Shown here: piece after piece, positions 17,233 to 26,888 of the stretch | Layout of the letters: the number at the start of each line of letters is the position of its first letter | Numbering within the stretch: the first letter of the stretch is position 1 | Assembly (NCBI GenBank): GCA_037481775.1 | Contig: JBBFKZ010000016.1 | Coordinates: forward strand, 1 to 33,413 | Direction of reading: 5' to 3' | DNA: 33,413 bases | Origin: Candidatus Bathyarchaeia archaeon | GTDB taxonomy: Archaea > Thermoproteota > Bathyarchaeia > Bathyarchaeales > Bathycorpusculaceae | Position numbers and translations under genes: made by a program | Notes under the pieces: model-generated | What the model was told of the DNA's origin: nothing | Seen by the model: the letters and a program-made list of their open reading frames with translations, nothing else | Databases searched by the model: none

Positions 17233-20200
17233 GTGCCCAAGTTTGACTGGATACGCAAAGTGCTGGTGCTGGGAAGCGGCGCCATAAAAATCGGAGAAGC
17301 AGCCGAATTCGATTACTCTGGAAGCCAGTGCCTCAAGGCTCTGCGAGAAGAGGGCATCGAAACTGTCCTGGTAAACCCAAATGTGGCTACTATTCAAACA
17401 GACCCACGTCTCTCCGGCAAAGTGTACCTGTTACCTGTGACGCCTGAATACGTGGAAAAGGTTATCCAAAAAGAAAGACCTGATGGAATTCTCTTAGGGT
17501 TCGGCGGTCAAACCGCGCTTAACTGCGGTGTTGAACTCGCACAGCGCGGCGTCTTTGATAAATATAACGTGAAGGTTCTCGGAACACCTGTTGAATCAAT
17601 AGAGCGTACTTCAAATAGAGAGCTCTTCAAGCAAGTAATGGCTGACGCCAATGCGCATCCATTGCGAAGTAAATCCGCCACCACAGTTAAGGATGCCATT
17701 GCAGCAGCTGAAGAAATCGGTTATCCCGTCATAGTTCGCGTTGCCTACACTCTTGGTGGTAAAGGCGCAGGCGTCGCCCATAATGCTTGGGAACTGAAAG
17801 AAATTGTAACGCGAGGCTTAGCGCAAAGCCGCATTACTCAAGTGCTTGTGGAAGAGTATGTAGGCCACTGGAAAGAACTTGAATATGAAGTTATGCGGGA
17901 CTATGCAGATAACTGCTTAATCATCTGTAACATGGAAAATTTGGATCCCATGGGTGTCCATACAGGCGATTCCATAGTCATTGCGCCTTCGCAGACGCTG
18001 ACAAACCGTGAATATCACCTCATGCGGTCAGCGTCAATAAATGCCATAAGAGCGTTGGGCATAATCGGCGAATGCAACATTCAATGGGCCCTACATCCGA
18101 AATCCGAAGAGTTCCGCGTCATCGAAGTTAATTCACGTATGTCAAGAAGCTCGGCGCTCGCAAGCAAAGTAACCGGATACCCCCTGGCATACATTGCAAC
18201 AAAATTGTCCATCGGATATCTTCTTCCCGAACTTATAAACAAAGTTACCGGCGTAACCACCGCATGCTTTGAACCAGCGCTTGATTATGTTACAATCAAG
18301 ATTCCACGATGGGACCTGCAGAAATTCAAAAACGCAGATCGCCACATCGGTCCTCAAATGCGCTCTGTCGGCGAAGTAATGGCAATCGGACGCTGCATTG
18401 AAGAGGCGCTGCAGAAGGCAGTGCGGATGTTAGATCTCGGCAAGAAGGGTCTTGTCTGCAACGATGACGAAGATGAGCCAGAACCAATTGAAACCATCAA
18501 CGATGTGCTGGCAAACCCCACCGACGAAAGACTTTTCAAAATTGTTAAAGCCATAAAAATGGGCATATCTATCGAGGAAATCTATCGCTTAAGTGGTGTT
18601 GATCCATTCTTCCTTTATAAAATTAAGAATATCATCGACATGGAAAGAAAACTTCGTAAATTAAATCTCGATGATAGCGATGCCGCCGAGATTCTGAGGG
18701 AAGCCAAGCGCTTAGGCTTCTCTGACGAGCAAATCGCAATCTGCCTAAAAACCGATCAATTTACAATAAGAGCATTCAGAAAGAAAGCAGGTATTACTCC
18801 TGTCGTAAAGCAGATTGACACTTTGGCTGCAGAGTGGCCTGCTAAAACTAATTATCTCTACATGACATACGGCGGTGACGAAGATGACCTCGAATTTAGC
18901 CGTCATGAGAGCAAAGTTATCGTTCTAGGCGCAGGAGTTTTCAGAATCGGCTCAAGCGTAGAATTTGACTGGTGTGGAGTCAACACAATTTGGGCACTTA
19001 AGAAGAACGATATCAAAGAAGCCATAATGGTTAACTACAACCCTGAAACGGTCTCAACAGATTATGATATTTCTGACAAACTGTACTTTGAAGAATTAAC
19101 CGTTGAAAGGATTCTGGACATTTACGAGAAAGAACAGCCACTAGGAGTAATCGCCAGTGTCGGCGGTCAAATCCCAAATAACTTGGCATTGAAACTGGCA
19201 AATGCGGGCGTAAAGCTTCTGGGCACTTCAGCAGAAAACATAGATTTAGCCGAGGACCGATCAAAGTTCAGCGCCCTTTTGGATGAGTTGGGCATTCCCC
19301 AGCCAGGTTGGAGCAAACTTACCTCCATCGATGCGGCTAAACGTTTCGCAGAGAAAATCGGGTATCCAGTAATAGTGCGTCCCAGCTATGTCTTGTCCGG
19401 CTCAGCCATGCGCGTGGCGTATGACGAGACTGCACTGGAAAACTTTCTCAAGTTGGCAGCCAAAGTTTCCCGCGAACATCCCGTAGTTATCTCCAAATTC
19501 ATCGAAAAGGCAAAGGAAGTTGAAGTAGACGGAGTCTCCGACGGAGAAAACGTCATAATCGGCGCCATAATGGAACATGTGGAAAATGCTGGCGTTCACA
19601 GCGGCGACGCCACAATGAGCATTCCCCCTCACACGCTTTCACCTGAGATTCAGCAAAAAATTGAAGAATGCACGCAAAAAATCGTTAAAGCCCTGAGCAT
19701 TAAGGGACCCTACAACATTCAATATCTCGTGAAGGACGGCGTGGTTCACGTTATTGAGTGTAACCTGCGTGCGTCAAGATCAATGCCATTCGTAAGCAAA
19801 ACTAGAGGCGTAAACTTAATTGAACTTGCCACGCTAGCTATGCTGGGCAAAAAGATTGAACTTAAGAAGTTGCCGCCTGCGATGCACGTGGGCGTAAAAG
19901 TTCCTCAGTTCAGTTTTATGCGGCTAAGCGGAGCAGATCCGGTCTTAGGCGTTGAAATGCTCAGCACAGGCGAGGTGGCATGTTTAGGCGAAAACTTTGC
20001 TGAAGCTTTCTCAAAAGCGTTGCAAGCAGCCGAGTTCCGAATCCCCCCTAAGGGTGGCTCAGTGCTCATAACTGTCGGAGGCGAAGAACCAAAAAGAAGA
20101 GTTGTGCCCATAGCAAAGGCTTTCGAGGAAATGGGCTTCAAAATCTATGCCACCGCGCACACTGCTGAGGTATTGCGAGCGGAAGGAATAAAAAACGTAA

Positions 20201-20499
20201 CAGTTCTACATAAGGTCAAAGAAGCCAGTGCAAGCCCGAACATTCTTGATTATCTTCGTGATCAAAAAATCGATTTGGTCATAAACGTGCCAATGGGAAG
20301 TAAGAACAAGAGCTATTCCGATGTTTTGACAGATGGCTACATAATCAGACGGCAAGCAGTGGAATTCAACGTTCCAGTCATTACGAATCTGGAGTTAGCC
20401 GCCGCGCTTGTTAAGGTCTTACAACAGCAAGGCAACAATGGTGCTACAATTCGTTCTTTGAACGAGTACATGAGTGAATTGCCTTGGCGGCTCTGGTAA
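17233..20499 (+). CDS. carB: Carbamoyl-phosphate synthase large subunit
   Basis: GSGAIKIGEAAEFDYSG, two ATP-grasp halves (HTGDS, HSGD), NPETVSTDYD, C-terminal MGS domain; GTG start. Confidence 0.97.
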   Translation: MPKFDWIRKVLVLGSGAIKIGEAAEFDYSGSQCLKALREEGIETVLVNPNVATIQTDPRLSGKVYLLPVTPEYVEKVIQKERPDGILLGFGGQTALNCGVELAQRGVFDKYNVKVLGTPVESIERTSNRELFKQVMADANAHPLRSKSATTVKDAIAAAEEIGYPVIVRVAYTLGGKGAGVAHNAWELKEIVTRGLAQSRITQVLVEEYVGHWKELEYEVMRDYADNCLIICNMENLDPMGVHTGDSIVIAPSQTLTNREYHLMRSASINAIRALGIIGECNIQWALHPKSEEFRVIEVNSRMSRSSALASKVTGYPLAYIATKLSIGYLLPELINKVTGVTTACFEPALDYVTIKIPRWDLQKFKNADRHIGPQMRSVGEVMAIGRCIEEALQKAVRMLDLGKKGLVCNDDEDEPEPIETINDVLANPTDERLFKIVKAIKMGISIEEIYRLSGVDPFFLYKIKNIIDMERKLRKLNLDDSDAAEILREAKRLGFSDEQIAICLKTDQFTIRAFRKKAGITPVVKQIDTLAAEWPAKTNYLYMTYGGDEDDLEFSRHESKVIVLGAGVFRIGSSVEFDWCGVNTIWALKKNDIKEAIMVNYNPETVSTDYDISDKLYFEELTVERILDIYEKEQPLGVIASVGGQIPNNLALKLANAGVKLLGTSAENIDLAEDRSKFSALLDELGIPQPGWSKLTSIDAAKRFAEKIGYPVIVRPSYVLSGSAMRVAYDETALENFLKLAAKVSREHPVVISKFIEKAKEVEVDGVSDGENVIIGAIMEHVENAGVHSGDATMSIPPHTLSPEIQQKIEECTQKIVKALSIKGPYNIQYLVKDGVVHVIECNLRASRSMPFVSKTRGVNLIELATLAMLGKKIELKKLPPAMHVGVKVPQFSFMRLSGADPVLGVEMLSTGEVACLGENFAEAFSKALQAAEFRIPPKGGSVLITVGGEEPKRRVVPIAKAFEEMGFKIYATAHTAEVLRAEGIKNVTVLHKVKEASASPNILDYLRDQKIDLVINVPMGSKNKSYSDVLTDGYIIRRQAVEFNVPVITNLELAAALVKVLQQQGNNGATIRSLNEYMSELPWRLW

Positions 20500-20605
20500 A
20501 GCGCTAATTTCCACTAAATCTTGCGATCATCTTTGCAGGAAACATAGACATGACTCGTTTTTGATTTAGGGCATAGATGGTCTATTGTGAAATTAAAAAT
20601 GACAC

Positions 20606-20642
20606 TTTCCAAACGTATGGAAACTTCCAAAAGCCTTTAATA
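20606..20642 (+). promoter_or_regulatory. Palindromic operator candidate + BRE/TATA of homocysteine operon
   Basis: TTTCCAAACGTATGGAAA (20606-20623; 16/18 self-complementary), then CCAAAAGCC and TTTAATA (20636-20642). Confidence 0.55.
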
Positions 20643-20682
20643 CACGTTTTATCATTTCGGTTCGTTTGTTGGTTGGAGGTAA

Positions 20683-22191
20683 ACGAAACTCAAACCCAAA
20701 CAGAACACCCGAACAATTAAAGAAATAAACCAGAAAATACGAAAGGGCGATGTCCAAGTTTTAACCGCTGAAGAGATGAAGCGTCTCGTTGAGAGCAGCG
20801 GCGTTGAAGTTGCTTTCCGAGAAGTTGATGTTGTAACCACAGGAACTTTTGGCGCCATGTGCTCTTCAGGTGCGATTATAAACCTTGGGCATTCAGATCC
20901 GCCGATAAAAATTGAGAAAGCTTGGATAAACGACGTGCCAATCTGCCATCCCGGCGCAGCGGTGGACTTGTATATCGGCGCGACTGCCATGTCCGAGCGG
21001 CAGCCTTTCGAGTACGGCGGCGGCCATGTAATTGAGGATCTGGTAAGTTGCAAAGAAGTTGAATTGCGCGCCACATCATACGGCACCGACTGCTATCCGA
21101 GAACTCAGATACGGACGCATTTAACAAAGGATGATTTGAACCAGTTTCATCTGCTGAATTTCCGCAACTGCTATCAACGTTACGCCTGCGCCGTAAACAG
21201 CCGCGACGAGACAATTTACACTTACATGGGCAAGCTGCTGCCAAGAATGAAAAACGCCACCTACTCCGGCGCGGGCGAGTTAAATCCTCTGATGAATGAT
21301 CCTGACTACGAAACCATAGGCATCGGCACACGGATATTCCTCGGCGGAGCCCAAGGATACGTGATCGGCGAGGGAACACAGCACGATCCGCAGAACCGTT
21401 TAGGAACCATAATGGTTCGTGGAGACGCCAAGAAGATGAGTCCTGAGTTCTTGCGAGGCGCATCCTTCACGCGCTACGGTACCACACTTTACGTTGGAAT
21501 AGGCATACCTATACCCATCTTGAATGAGGGCTTGGCTAAGAAAACTGCCATACGAGATGAAGAAATCTTCACAAACGTGGTTGATTATGGTGTGCCACGC
21601 AGAGATCGCCCAGTGTTGGGCAGAGTAAGCTACAAGGAGTTGAAGTCCGGTTCAATAACTATCGGCGATAGGCGAATACGAGTTAGCTCGCTGTCCAGCT
21701 TGAAAACTGCGCGGAAAATAGCCGCCACATTGAAAAAATGGATTGAAGAAGGCGAGTTCTACTTGACAGCGCCTGTTGAGCGCTTGCCGCTTGACACCGT
21801 TTTCAAACCGATGCGGCAGACTGAAGAGGTCTCCTTCGTGGCTAACGTAATGCAAAAAGCAATCACCTGCAAGGAAACCGAGCCTCTGCAGGCTGTAGCC
21901 GAGCGCATAGTCACCCGCTCAGTAAACCACATCGTAATGGTTGACGACGCTGGCAGGCTAACTGGCATAGTAACTTCATGGGACATAACTCGCGCACTGG
22001 CATATGGCAAAACAGCGCTGGCCGACATCGTTACTCGGCGAGTAATTACCGCTAAGCCTGATGAGCCCTTAGAGATTGCTTCGAAGCGGATGGCGCAGCA
22101 TAACATTTCCGCGTTGCCCGTTATAGACAACGAAAAGAGAGTGTTGGGAATCGTCACCGCTGAGGACGTATCTAAACTGCTGGGAAGGTGA
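20683..22191 (+). CDS. L-aspartate semialdehyde sulfurtransferase (homocysteine biosynthesis, DUF39 + two CBS domains; MA1821/MJ0100-like)
   Basis: VDVVTTGTFGAMCSSGA, NFRNCYQ, TIYTYMG, GELNPLMNDP, GIGTRIFLGG, C-terminal CBS pair. Frame stays open upstream of ATG 20776 through RTIKEINQKIRKGDVQVLTAEE to TAA 20680-20682; start position (ACG 20683) is inferred. Confidence 0.9.
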   Translation, partial: TKLKPKQNTRTIKEINQKIRKGDVQVLTAEEMKRLVESSGVEVAFREVDVVTTGTFGAMCSSGAIINLGHSDPPIKIEKAWINDVPICHPGAAVDLYIGATAMSERQPFEYGGGHVIEDLVSCKEVELRATSYGTDCYPRTQIRTHLTKDDLNQFHLLNFRNCYQRYACAVNSRDETIYTYMGKLLPRMKNATYSGAGELNPLMNDPDYETIGIGTRIFLGGAQGYVIGEGTQHDPQNRLGTIMVRGDAKKMSPEFLRGASFTRYGTTLYVGIGIPIPILNEGLAKKTAIRDEEIFTNVVDYGVPRRDRPVLGRVSYKELKSGSITIGDRRIRVSSLSSLKTARKIAATLKKWIEEGEFYLTAPVERLPLDTVFKPMRQTEEVSFVANVMQKAITCKETEPLQAVAERIVTRSVNHIVMVDDAGRLTGIVTSWDITRALAYGKTALADIVTRRVITAKPDEPLEIASKRMAQHNISALPVIDNEKRVLGIVTAEDVSKLLGR

Positions 22192-22199
22192 GAGACTGA

Positions 22200-22628
22200 A
22201 TGACGCGTATACTCCTTAGGTTCTCCGAAAACATTGTTGAAGAGCCAATAATAGCACAAATAATTTTGGAATTGAAAGTGCCAATTAACATTATCACGGC
22301 GCATGTGAACTCGAAAGGCGGCGAGGTCATAGCCGAAGTGCCTAACGAAGCGCTGGACAAAGTGGTTCAAGCTTTCCGCCAACGAGGCGCGGCGGTTAGC
22401 ATACCCAAGCTTATCGAGGTCGACAGCGAGAAATGCATCAGTTGCGGCGCGTGTGTCACACTATGCCCCGTGGAGGCAATTAAAATTGACGAGGACAAAT
22501 CGATAGTTTTCGATAGAGAAAAATGCATTGGCAGCCTCTGCAGCGCATGCGTGGACGCTTGCCCAACAAGATCCATCAAATCAGTGAAGCAAAATAACAC
22601 TGAAGTCGTAGGTAACCGCGGTCACTGA
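22200..22628 (+). CDS. NIL domain + 2x[4Fe-4S] ferredoxin (MA1822-like homocysteine biosynthesis partner)
   Basis: N-terminal NIL-like LRFSENIVEEPII...INII; CISCGACVTLCP and CIGSLCSACVDACP; directly downstream of DUF39-CBS. Confidence 0.88.
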   Translation: MTRILLRFSENIVEEPIIAQIILELKVPINIITAHVNSKGGEVIAEVPNEALDKVVQAFRQRGAAVSIPKLIEVDSEKCISCGACVTLCPVEAIKIDEDKSIVFDREKCIGSLCSACVDACPTRSIKSVKQNNTEVVGNRGH

Positions 22629-22647
22629 AGCGTTTTGGAGCGAAGCA

Positions 22648-23352
22648 ATGAAAAGCCTCCTCAAAGAACCTTTTATTTTCAAAGAATCCCAATGCGTAAT
22701 AATCGCCGACAAGCCAGAAGGTCTCCAAGCAGCTAAAGAATCCATTAAGCAACACAGGCGCAAGCTAGAAGAATACATTAAAACTAACCCACGATTTTTG
22801 CATACGCTCGAGCCTGTAGCGGTTCCTAGTAAACCGCTGGTTGCCAAGCTCATGGCGGAAGCAGCGGAGAAAGCAAATGTCGGACCCATGGCGGCTGTCG
22901 CCGGCGTCCTAGCCGACTTAGCAGTAAAGGCTATGCTGCGCGCCGGTTGCGAAGTGGCGGTCGTAGAAAACGGCGGTGAAATCTCAGCAGTGGCAAACGT
23001 GCCCATCGACGTGGCGGTTGCCGTGGGCGACACGCCACTATCAAAGCGATTCGGCTTCAGACTAACGGAGTTCCCAATAGGCGTCGCCACAAGCTCTGGG
23101 CGGTTCAGCCACGCCTTAAGCTTCGGAGACGCAGACGCTGCAACGGTCTTCTGCAAAAACGCAGGATTAGCCGATGCAGCAGCAACAGCAGTATGCAACG
23201 TGGTTAAAGGAGAGGACTGCCAAGCCGCCATCCACGCTGGGATGAACAAAGCGCTTTCCATTCAAGGCGTCGAAGGAGTACTCATAATCTACAAGGATTT
23301 CACAGGAACCGCAGGCAAAATTCCACAAATAATCAAAATAAGTTCAATATGA
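22648..23352 (+). CDS. UPF0280 / ApbE-like protein (COG2122, MA1715-like sulfide assimilation)
   Basis: VGPMAAVAG, VENGGEI, GVATSSG, HALSFGDADA, ADAAATAVCN. Confidence 0.88.
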   Translation: MKSLLKEPFIFKESQCVIIADKPEGLQAAKESIKQHRRKLEEYIKTNPRFLHTLEPVAVPSKPLVAKLMAEAAEKANVGPMAAVAGVLADLAVKAMLRAGCEVAVVENGGEISAVANVPIDVAVAVGDTPLSKRFGFRLTEFPIGVATSSGRFSHALSFGDADAATVFCKNAGLADAAATAVCNVVKGEDCQAAIHAGMNKALSIQGVEGVLIIYKDFTGTAGKIPQIIKISSI

Positions 23353-23562
23353 CGCGATATGCAAAAGCACGATAAACGTTTTTTCCATTTTCCACTCTCT
23401 TTTTAACTATGATGAATGTTCAAAATGAACTAAATATTTTGATCGTTTTTTAGAGGGAAGCCATCAAAGGCTGAGGATACTGAAACTTGCAAGATCTCGA
23501 TCAAAGTTATGAGTCACTTTCAGTTGTTTCACTTTTGATGCAGCTTATGCTGCAAGCGAAAA

Positions 23563-24009
23563 TCATTGGAAATATTTTTTGATTTCTTCGAGTGAAAGAA
23601 CCATGATGCCCTTCTCTTTTAATATTCTCTCGGCATTTTCTAAGTCACTGGCTCGCAGAATCAACGCGATTTTGCCGTCCACATGCACCGCAGAAGAATA
23701 TGCGTACTCGATGTTTATGCCGCCATCAGCCAGAATCTTGGTTATTTTAGACATTTTATTCTCTTCCGTAATGAAAACCGCCGTCACTTCTGTGTTTTTC
23801 TTTGACTTCGCAAGATTGTAATCTGCTGCCTCCAAAACAGTTGTCGCTTTAACAGGATCTTCTGTCACCATCCGCACTAACCCAAACTCGCCAGCATCAG
23901 CAATCGATAGCGCAAAAACTCTAATTCCATTCTTATCCAACTGAGCCATAGCCTCAGACAAAGAACCCGGCCTATTATCCAGATAAACGCTCACTTGTGG
24001 TATAGGCAT
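23563..24009 (-). CDS. Tandem ACT domain protein (type commonly linked to paaK)
   Basis: QVSVYLDNRPGSL, ALSIADAGEFGLVR, GINIEYAYS; ATG 24009. Confidence 0.88.
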   Translation of the reverse strand: MPIPQVSVYLDNRPGSLSEAMAQLDKNGIRVFALSIADAGEFGLVRMVTEDPVKATTVLEAADYNLAKSKKNTEVTAVFITEENKMSKITKILADGGINIEYAYSSAVHVDGKIALILRASDLENAERILKEKGIMVLSLEEIKKYFQ

Positions 24010-24099
24010 AAAGACCACGGTTCTCAATTAGCTTCAGACAATATTTATATTTTCACATAAGCTATAGTAAACGATTCATCATCTCGGAGACAGCGCTGC

Positions 24100-24837
24100 T
24101 TGCTAGAGTGTGTCGAAATCTCAAAACGCTTCGGCGGACTTCAAGCATTAAAGAAAGTAAACTTAACAGTTAACAAAAACGAAATCGCAGGGCTCGTTGG
24201 CCCCAACGGCTCAGGAAAATCAACATTACTAAACCTCATAAGCGGCGTTTATAAACCTGATTCAGGGAAAATTCTTTTTCTAAACGAAGACATCTCCTCG
24301 CTCCCACCATACGCTGTTTGCTCTAAAGGTATAGCAAAAACTTCGCAGACGGTTCAATCCTTCCCAGATTTGACTGTGATTGAAAATGTGCTTGCCGGAG
24401 TGCTGTTTGCTCAGAAAAAAACCGCAGACAACTCTGATCCTGAAGAAAGCGCAAAAGAACTTTTGGAATTTGTAGGTATAGACAAAACAAAATTCAATGT
24501 GGAAGCCAAAAACCTGAACGTGATTGAATTACGCCGTGTTCAACTTGCCAAAGCGCTGGCAACCATGCCTAAATTACTGCTTTTAGATGAGCTTCTCACA
24601 GGCTTAACTCCAAAAGAAAGTGATGAAGCTATCGAACTGATAAAACTCATCAATAAACAGGGAATAACCGTGCTTATAGTTGAGCATGTAATGCGCGTCA
24701 TTATGGGCTTATGTAATCGCGTAACAGTCTTGCATCACGGCGAAAAAATCTTTGAAGGTACACCAAAAGAAGTAGTTAACAACGAGAACGTGATAAAAGT
24801 GTACCTCGGCAAAAGATACCTGCTCTGTGAGGACTAA
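24100..24837 (+). CDS. livG: HAAT/Liv-type ABC transporter ATP-binding subunit (LivG-like)
   Basis: SKRFGGLQAL, GPNGSGKST, LLLDE, IVEH, VIKVYLG; TTG start. Confidence 0.9.
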   Translation: MLECVEISKRFGGLQALKKVNLTVNKNEIAGLVGPNGSGKSTLLNLISGVYKPDSGKILFLNEDISSLPPYAVCSKGIAKTSQTVQSFPDLTVIENVLAGVLFAQKKTADNSDPEESAKELLEFVGIDKTKFNVEAKNLNVIELRRVQLAKALATMPKLLLLDELLTGLTPKESDEAIELIKLINKQGITVLIVEHVMRVIMGLCNRVTVLHHGEKIFEGTPKEVVNNENVIKVYLGKRYLLCED

Positions 24838-24838
24838 G

Positions 24839-25543
24839 ATGTTAGAAATCAAAAATGTATCCGCCTCATACGGCATGATTCAGATACTTCGCGACGTATC
24901 ATTTCATGTTAAAGAAAAAGAAATTGTCAGCATCATAGGTCCCAACGGCGCAGGAAAAACAACTCTCGTTAAGACAATCGTGGGTTTGTTACATCCGACA
25001 AAAGGAGAAATTCGTTTTAAAGGCGAAAACATAGAAAAGCTGCCACCATACGAAATAGTGAAAAGAAACATAACCTTAATTCCTGAAGGCAGAGAAATTT
25101 TCCCTAAAATGACAGTCGAAGAAAACCTTCTGTTAGGTGCATACACAATTAACGATAGAGATAAAATAAAAGAAGCAAAAGAACGTGGTTACCAAATTTT
25201 CCCGGTGCTTAAGAAAAAAGAAAAAGCGCTGGCTCAAACTCTCAGCGGTGGTGAGCAGCAAATGCTTGTAATCTGCAGAAGTTTAATGTCAAACCCGGAG
25301 ATGTTAATTTTAGATGAGCCTTCTCTTGGATTAGCACCGCTAATCGTGGAGAAAGTATTGGATACAGTGCGTAAAATCAATGAAGAAGGCGTCACCATCC
25401 TTCTAGTTGAGCAGAATATTCGTGATTCTCTTGAAATTGCTGATAGAGGATACGTTCTTGAGCAAGGTAGAGTAATTTTAGAAGGAACAAGTAGAGAACT
25501 TTTATGCAGTAAACACATAAAAGAAGCATATTTAGGCCTTTAA
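24839..25543 (+). CDS. livF: HAAT/Liv-type ABC transporter ATP-binding subunit (LivF-like)
   Basis: GPNGAGKTT, PEGREIF, LSGGEQQML, LDEPSLGLAP, VEQN, EAYLG; ATG 24839 after GAGG. Confidence 0.92.
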   Translation: MLEIKNVSASYGMIQILRDVSFHVKEKEIVSIIGPNGAGKTTLVKTIVGLLHPTKGEIRFKGENIEKLPPYEIVKRNITLIPEGREIFPKMTVEENLLLGAYTINDRDKIKEAKERGYQIFPVLKKKEKALAQTLSGGEQQMLVICRSLMSNPEMLILDEPSLGLAPLIVEKVLDTVRKINEEGVTILLVEQNIRDSLEIADRGYVLEQGRVILEGTSRELLCSKHIKEAYLGL

Positions 25544-25555
25544 AAAGTGATAAAC

Positions 25556-26875
25556 ATGAATGGCAGCGAATATTGGAACGAAAAAATCGAAACCATGCCC
25601 ATACAAGAGTTAAGAAAACACCAGTTTAGAAAGCTCAAAGAACAAGTAAAACACTGCTACGAAAACAGTGTGTTCTATAGGAAAAAATTCAAAGACGCTG
25701 GATTAAAGCCTGAAGACATTAAAACATTGGAAGACCTGCAGAAAATCCCCTTCACCGTGAAAGATGATCTTAGAGACAACTACCCTTTAGGTATGCTCGC
25801 GGTTAACCCTACAGACATAGTTGAAATTCACGCCTCTAGCGGAACAACTGGGAACCCTATAATCGGCGCCTACACGAAAAATGACATTGACGTATGGCGA
25901 GAACTGATGGCACGCACCATCTACACTGCCGGCGGAAGAAAAGAAGACGTGATCCACATCGCCTATGGCTACGGACTATTCACAGGCGGCTTAGGCTTCC
26001 ATTATGGTGCTCAAGCAATCGGAGCAATGGTAATTCCAGCAAGTGGCGGGATGACACAGCGGCAAATAAAACTCATGAAAGACCTGTGCGCTACAGTGCT
26101 ATGCTGTACTCCAAGCTTCGCAGTTTACCTCGCCGAAACAATGGCGAAAGAAGGAATAAACCCCAAAAAGGATCTGAAACTCAGGCTCGGCCTCTTCGGA
26201 GCAGAACCATGGTCCGAAAAAATCAGAGAACGCATCGAGGCAGAACTCGGCATAGAAGCCTTCGACATCTATGGTCTAACTGAACTCTGCGGTCCAGGCG
26301 TTTCCATAGAATGCAATGAACATGAGGGGCTACATATTTGGGAAGACCACTTCATTGTAGAAACGATTGACCCTGAAACTGGCGAGATTTTATCTCCAGG
26401 AGAAGAAGGCGAATTAGTTTTTACGACGCTGACCAAAACGGGCATTCCGATGCTGCGTTTCAGAACTAGAGACCTTTCAGTGCTAGCCACTGAAAAATGC
26501 GCTTGCGGTCGCACTCATGCGCGGATGCTGAGGGTAATGGGCAGATCAGATGATATGTTAATCATAAGGGGAGTCAATGTCTTTCCCTCACAGGTAGAAT
26601 ACGCCGTGATGTGCTTCCCAGAATTAGCTGCTCAATATCAAATAATTGTTGACAGACCGGGAGCTTTGGATACGTTTGCTGTAAAAGTGGAGTTAACCGA
26701 ACAAGCGTCGCATGATAAGCAGTTAGACAAAGAGGCGCTTAAACGTAGAATCCAGGAAAAAATCCATGGAATAACAGGGTTATCTGCGGAAATCGAAATC
26801 GTGCCTTGTGGTGAAATCCCCCGAAGCGAAGGAAAAGCAAAAAGAGTCTTAGATCTACGCAAGGGCAAAACGTGA
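25556..26875 (+). CDS. paaK: Phenylacetate/aryl-acid CoA ligase (PaaK family)
   Basis: HASSGTTG, YGYGLFTGGLGFHYG, FGAEPWS, DIYGLTE, HIWEDHF, GRSDDMLIIRGVNVFP, GKAKRV. Start 25556 (GTG 25547 alternative). Confidence 0.92.
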   Translation: MNGSEYWNEKIETMPIQELRKHQFRKLKEQVKHCYENSVFYRKKFKDAGLKPEDIKTLEDLQKIPFTVKDDLRDNYPLGMLAVNPTDIVEIHASSGTTGNPIIGAYTKNDIDVWRELMARTIYTAGGRKEDVIHIAYGYGLFTGGLGFHYGAQAIGAMVIPASGGMTQRQIKLMKDLCATVLCCTPSFAVYLAETMAKEGINPKKDLKLRLGLFGAEPWSEKIRERIEAELGIEAFDIYGLTELCGPGVSIECNEHEGLHIWEDHFIVETIDPETGEILSPGEEGELVFTTLTKTGIPMLRFRTRDLSVLATEKCACGRTHARMLRVMGRSDDMLIIRGVNVFPSQVEYAVMCFPELAAQYQIIVDRPGALDTFAVKVELTEQASHDKQLDKEALKRRIQEKIHGITGLSAEIEIVPCGEIPRSEGKAKRVLDLRKGKT

Positions 26876-26888
26876 AGGCCATAACCAA

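Noticed and set aside
23418-23430. GTTCAAAATGAAC palindrome resembling the lysW operator
   Set aside because: Spacer is one base shorter and it lies between convergent genes with no evident promoter.
23539-23554. TGCAGC-TTAT-GCTGCA hairpin
   Set aside because: Only 6 bp; at most part of a terminator; no evidence for an ncRNA or repeat family.
24505-24560. Degenerate ABC signature in LivG (LNVIELRR)
   Set aside because: LivG-type subunits commonly deviate from LSGGQ; Walker A/B and the H-loop are intact.
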